The notes under the pieces are model-generated. The model was not told the origin of the DNA. It saw only the letters and a list, made by a program, of their open reading frames with translations, and made no database searches. A stretch of DNA of 32,000 nucleotides. It comes from Mycolicibacterium smegmatis (GTDB lineage: Bacteria > Actinomycetota > Actinomycetes > Mycobacteriales > Mycobacteriaceae). Shown piece by piece: positions 29,818 through 32,000 of this stretch. Numbering within the stretch: position 1 is the stretch's first letter; each line of letters starts with the position of its first letter. The stretch is taken from positions 210,001 to 242,000 of the forward strand of contig NZ_LN831039.1 of assembly GCF_001457595.1 (NCBI RefSeq), read 5' to 3'. Position numbers and translations under genes: made by a program.

Positions 29818-32000
29818 GTGGCCGGAAAAAATCGTAAACGCGGGCAGCGCGCAAAGAAGATAGCGACGCTCAGCGCTGCTACCGTCACGGCCACGGCGTT
29901 GACCGCGGGCATCGCTCCCATCGGTGAGGCAAATGCCGCCGTCGTGGCCCGCGAAGCGGCGCTACAGGCAGATGTCCGGCCCTTCCCGCCACCAGATCAG
30001 ATCCCCGACATCACCGGTGGGTTGGGCGCCGCGGGATACGACCTGGCTCAGGCGATCGGTGCGCAGGTCATGACGTCGCTGATGGAGAGCATCAGCCTCG
30101 CAGCACTCGCCCAGGCGGCCGGCATCGATCCGCAGAGCATCGCCACCGGCCTGCTCAACGAAGCGATCGGCAGTGTGCTCGGCGGCACGCTCGATCAGCT
30201 TCCGATCGATCTCACGGGTGTGCTGCAGCCGCTGTTGGCGCAGGTGCTGACGCCGCTGGTGAGTGAAATTCTCGGTGAATTGCCGATCGGTGGTGCTCTC
30301 GGAGATGCACTGATCGGGGTCGTGGCCGGCCTCGTGGTGTCCACGTTGGCTTTGGAGCTCTCTGACCTCGGAGCGATCGACAACGTCGGTGCGCTGCTGG
30401 CGGCGCTCGGCCTCGATCTCTCCAATCCCCTCAACCTCTCCGGTGATCCGATCCCGGGCTTGAACCTCGTGACGACCGGATCACCCTTCACCTTCCTCAA
30501 GCTCTTCGGCGTAGACCTTGGATGGGTGCCGCCGTTCCCCAACCCCGTGGCCGAGGACATCAACAACACCGAGTACCTGAAGGTCGGGTTGGCGGGCCTG
30601 CTGGAGAACCTCGGGATCGAACTCGATCCGATCGACCTCGACATCCTCGATCTCAACCTGCTGGGTGTCGACCTCGGCGAGCTCGGAGATCTGCTCGGTA
30701 TCGACCTCGGCCCGGTTGGTGGTCTTCTCGGCGGTCTACTCGGCAGTGTCGGGGTCGACCTCGACGCACTCGGCCTGGGAACCCTGGACCCCAACGAGAT
30801 TCTCAACCTGCTGCCCGATGTGGTCGCGCTCCGGATTCCGATCGTCGTCGGATTCCAGCTGGGCGCGTTCGCGGCGGGCGCGGCGTACCAGCAGGTGGTC
30901 GATGACCTGCCGAACCAGCCCGGCGGCGCCAACTACCAGGGCACCAATCCGCTCCTCGGCAGCTTCACGATCCTGCCGATGGTGCTGATCGACAACCCCG
31001 GTCGTGCCAATGGCGGCTTGTTCGCACGCGCCTACCCGTTGTTCCGGCTCATGGGAATCGACACCGTCACGCCCGACACCCAGGTGCAGAGCAGCACAAG
31101 CGGAGATTCGCTCCTCAACAACATCCAGCTTCTGGGTCTGACCGTGGGCGGCGCGAACCTGATCCCCATCAAGGTCGACGCGACGGCCGAGTATCTGCCG
31201 CTGTCGGACTTCGCCGCGTGGCCCAACCCGTTCACGATGACGAACAACGTTGCCGCAGCGCTGTTCCCGACGTACATGCTGCGCAACCAGAGCATCCCGG
31301 GTGTCGTCACCGATCTGACCGGGAAGGTCGTCGGCCAGCTTCTCGGCGACCTCACCGATTACCTGGCCGATCCCGGTGACGACCCGACCAAGGGGCCCGA
31401 GCTCAACATCTACTACACCCTCGATGCCAAGAGCCTGCCGTTGCTTGAGCCGACGTACCTGGCCGTCGACGTGATCAATCTGTTCACCGGCTTGAACCTC
31501 AACAATCCGATCGGCACGGCCCTGTCGCCGGCGCTCACCACGCTGGTGAATCTCGGCTACACCGACGTCAGCCGGGACGAGACTGCCGCCGGTGTCGAAT
31601 ACGTCCGCGATTTCGATGATTCCGACATCCCGACCGCTTTCGGATCGTTCCCCGACGTCGAGTGGGCCAAGGTGCCCGGCGATGTGGTGACCCAGCTCGT
31701 GCGCGGTGTGCAGAAGGCGGTCGGCGACGGCCTGGTCAACCAGAGCCCGGTGCCCAGCCCCCTCACCACACTTCTCGGTCTGCTCGGACTGGGGAACGCG
31801 CTGCCGTCGGGCGGATCGGTGCTGAACCTGCCCGACCTCAACGGCCTGCTGCCGACTGCGGGCACCACCAATGCCGCTGCGCGACAATCGGAGCCGAACA
31901 CCAAGTTCGAACCGCAGGCCATCACCGAGACGAAGGCCACCGACCCGGATACCACGGTCCTGAATCTCCCGTCACCGCAAGAGAAGACGGCGGTACCCGA
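29818..32000 (+). CDS. Secreted Leu/Gly/Asp-rich protein with a PE-PPE-like (alpha/beta-hydrolase-like) domain; C-terminus lies right of the window; not in the supplied ORF track
   Basis: An in-frame TGA lies at 29803-29805, and GTG 29818 follows AAAGGA. My hand translation reaches nt 32000 with no stop (727 codons). The Sec-type signal peptide is KNRKRGQRAKKIATLSAATVTATALTAGIAPIGEANA/AV. GC3 is strongly biased in this frame. The blocks DNPGRANGGLFAR, DFAAWPNPF..NNVAAA, LPLLEP and LVNLGY resemble the PE-PPE domain. Confidence 0.85.
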   Translation, partial: MAGKNRKRGQRAKKIATLSAATVTATALTAGIAPIGEANAAVVAREAALQADVRPFPPPDQIPDITGGLGAAGYDLAQAIGAQVMTSLMESISLAALAQAAGIDPQSIATGLLNEAIGSVLGGTLDQLPIDLTGVLQPLLAQVLTPLVSEILGELPIGGALGDALIGVVAGLVVSTLALELSDLGAIDNVGALLAALGLDLSNPLNLSGDPIPGLNLVTTGSPFTFLKLFGVDLGWVPPFPNPVAEDINNTEYLKVGLAGLLENLGIELDPIDLDILDLNLLGVDLGELGDLLGIDLGPVGGLLGGLLGSVGVDLDALGLGTLDPNEILNLLPDVVALRIPIVVGFQLGAFAAGAAYQQVVDDLPNQPGGANYQGTNPLLGSFTILPMVLIDNPGRANGGLFARAYPLFRLMGIDTVTPDTQVQSSTSGDSLLNNIQLLGLTVGGANLIPIKVDATAEYLPLSDFAAWPNPFTMTNNVAAALFPTYMLRNQSIPGVVTDLTGKVVGQLLGDLTDYLADPGDDPTKGPELNIYYTLDAKSLPLLEPTYLAVDVINLFTGLNLNNPIGTALSPALTTLVNLGYTDVSRDETAAGVEYVRDFDDSDIPTAFGSFPDVEWAKVPGDVVTQLVRGVQKAVGDGLVNQSPVPSPLTTLLGLLGLGNALPSGGSVLNLPDLNGLLPTAGTTNAAARQSEPNTKFEPQAITETKATDPDTTVLNLPSPQEKTAVP
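30601..30813 (+). repeat. Coding low-complexity (I/V)DL(G/D)-type repeat tract inside the secreted-protein gene
   Basis: In the 71 codons LENLGIELDPIDLDILDLNLLGVDLGELGDLLGIDLGPVGGLLGGLLGSVGVDLDALGLGTLDPNEILNLL, 48 are L, G or D by hand count. The 9-mer TCGACCTCG occurs four times in frame (30632, 30668, 30701, 30755). Confidence 0.7.

Noticed and set aside
30195-31887. Minus-strand ORFs 30195..30932 (245 aa) and 30736..31887 (383 aa), plus + strand ORFs 30522..30905 and 30665..30988.
   Set aside because: All are shadows of the untracked frame-1 ORF 29818..>32000. That ORF has a signal peptide, an SD, strong GC3 bias and domain-like motifs. The shadows are R/S/P/G-rich.
1-32000. A scan for tRNA/rRNA genes, CRISPR repeat-spacer arrays, IS elements, transposases, integrases, toxin-antitoxin pairs and known defence-system genes.
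   Set aside because: I found no T-loop-like GGTTCGAATCC contexts with cloverleaf potential. I found no regularly spaced direct repeats and no terminal inverted repeats flanking an ORF. I found no DDE, tyrosine or serine recombinase motifs and no nuclease or ATPase defence signatures. This absence rests on inspection by eye only.

Overview
This is GC-rich actinobacterial chromosomal DNA with strong GC3 bias in coding frames; I estimate mid-60s % GC overall and did not compute it. MmpS/MmpL, a cutinase, an Rv1733c-like membrane protein and a PE-PPE-like secreted protein point to a mycolic-acid actinomycete (Mycobacteriales). The genus cannot be determined from the sequence alone. I call 31 protein-coding genes. 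One is split by a frameshift and two are cut by the window edges. They sit in short, tightly packed operons, in this order: (1) an MFS (OFA-type) transporter and an HDAC-like gene; (2) an Rv1733c-like gene and a DUF202 pair; (3) a GntR-associated FAD-oxidoreductase plus polar-amino-acid ABC operon; (4) a TetR-associated TauD, epoxide hydrolase and gamma-glutamyltransferase operon; (5) MarR divergent from mmpS-mmpL-membrane protein, the Rv0678/mmpS5/mmpL5 layout; (6) a MurNAc/anhMurNAc recycling locus, with murR-murQ divergent from kinase, SSS symporter, anmK and GNAT; (7) a cutinase; (8) a BVMO plus LLM oxidoreductase; (9) an ACAD-fold protein plus Nudix; (10) a fructosamine kinase; (11) at the right edge, a long ORF that the supplied track omits because it has no stop inside the window. 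I recognised no rRNA, tRNA, CRISPR array, IS/transposase, integrase or phage gene. I see no convincing defence island or new multi-gene system, so this looks like ordinary metabolic chromosome. Five things are most worth a second look. (a) The untracked ORF of at least 727 aa encodes a secreted Leu/Gly/Asp-rich protein whose PE-PPE-like domain seems to have lost its nucleophilic Ser, and it follows a 384-nt AT-rich leader full of palindromes. (b) The PTS-less MurNAc recycling locus is built around a sodium:solute-symporter-family transporter. (c) A -1 frame break splits an epoxide hydrolase. (d) Tandem 18-bp palindromic operators overlap a probably leaderless tetR. (e) A shared GT-N3-AC operator links the GntR gene to the oxidoreductase/ABC operon. 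All family assignments come from motifs read by eye and from remembered family consensus. No database search was run.
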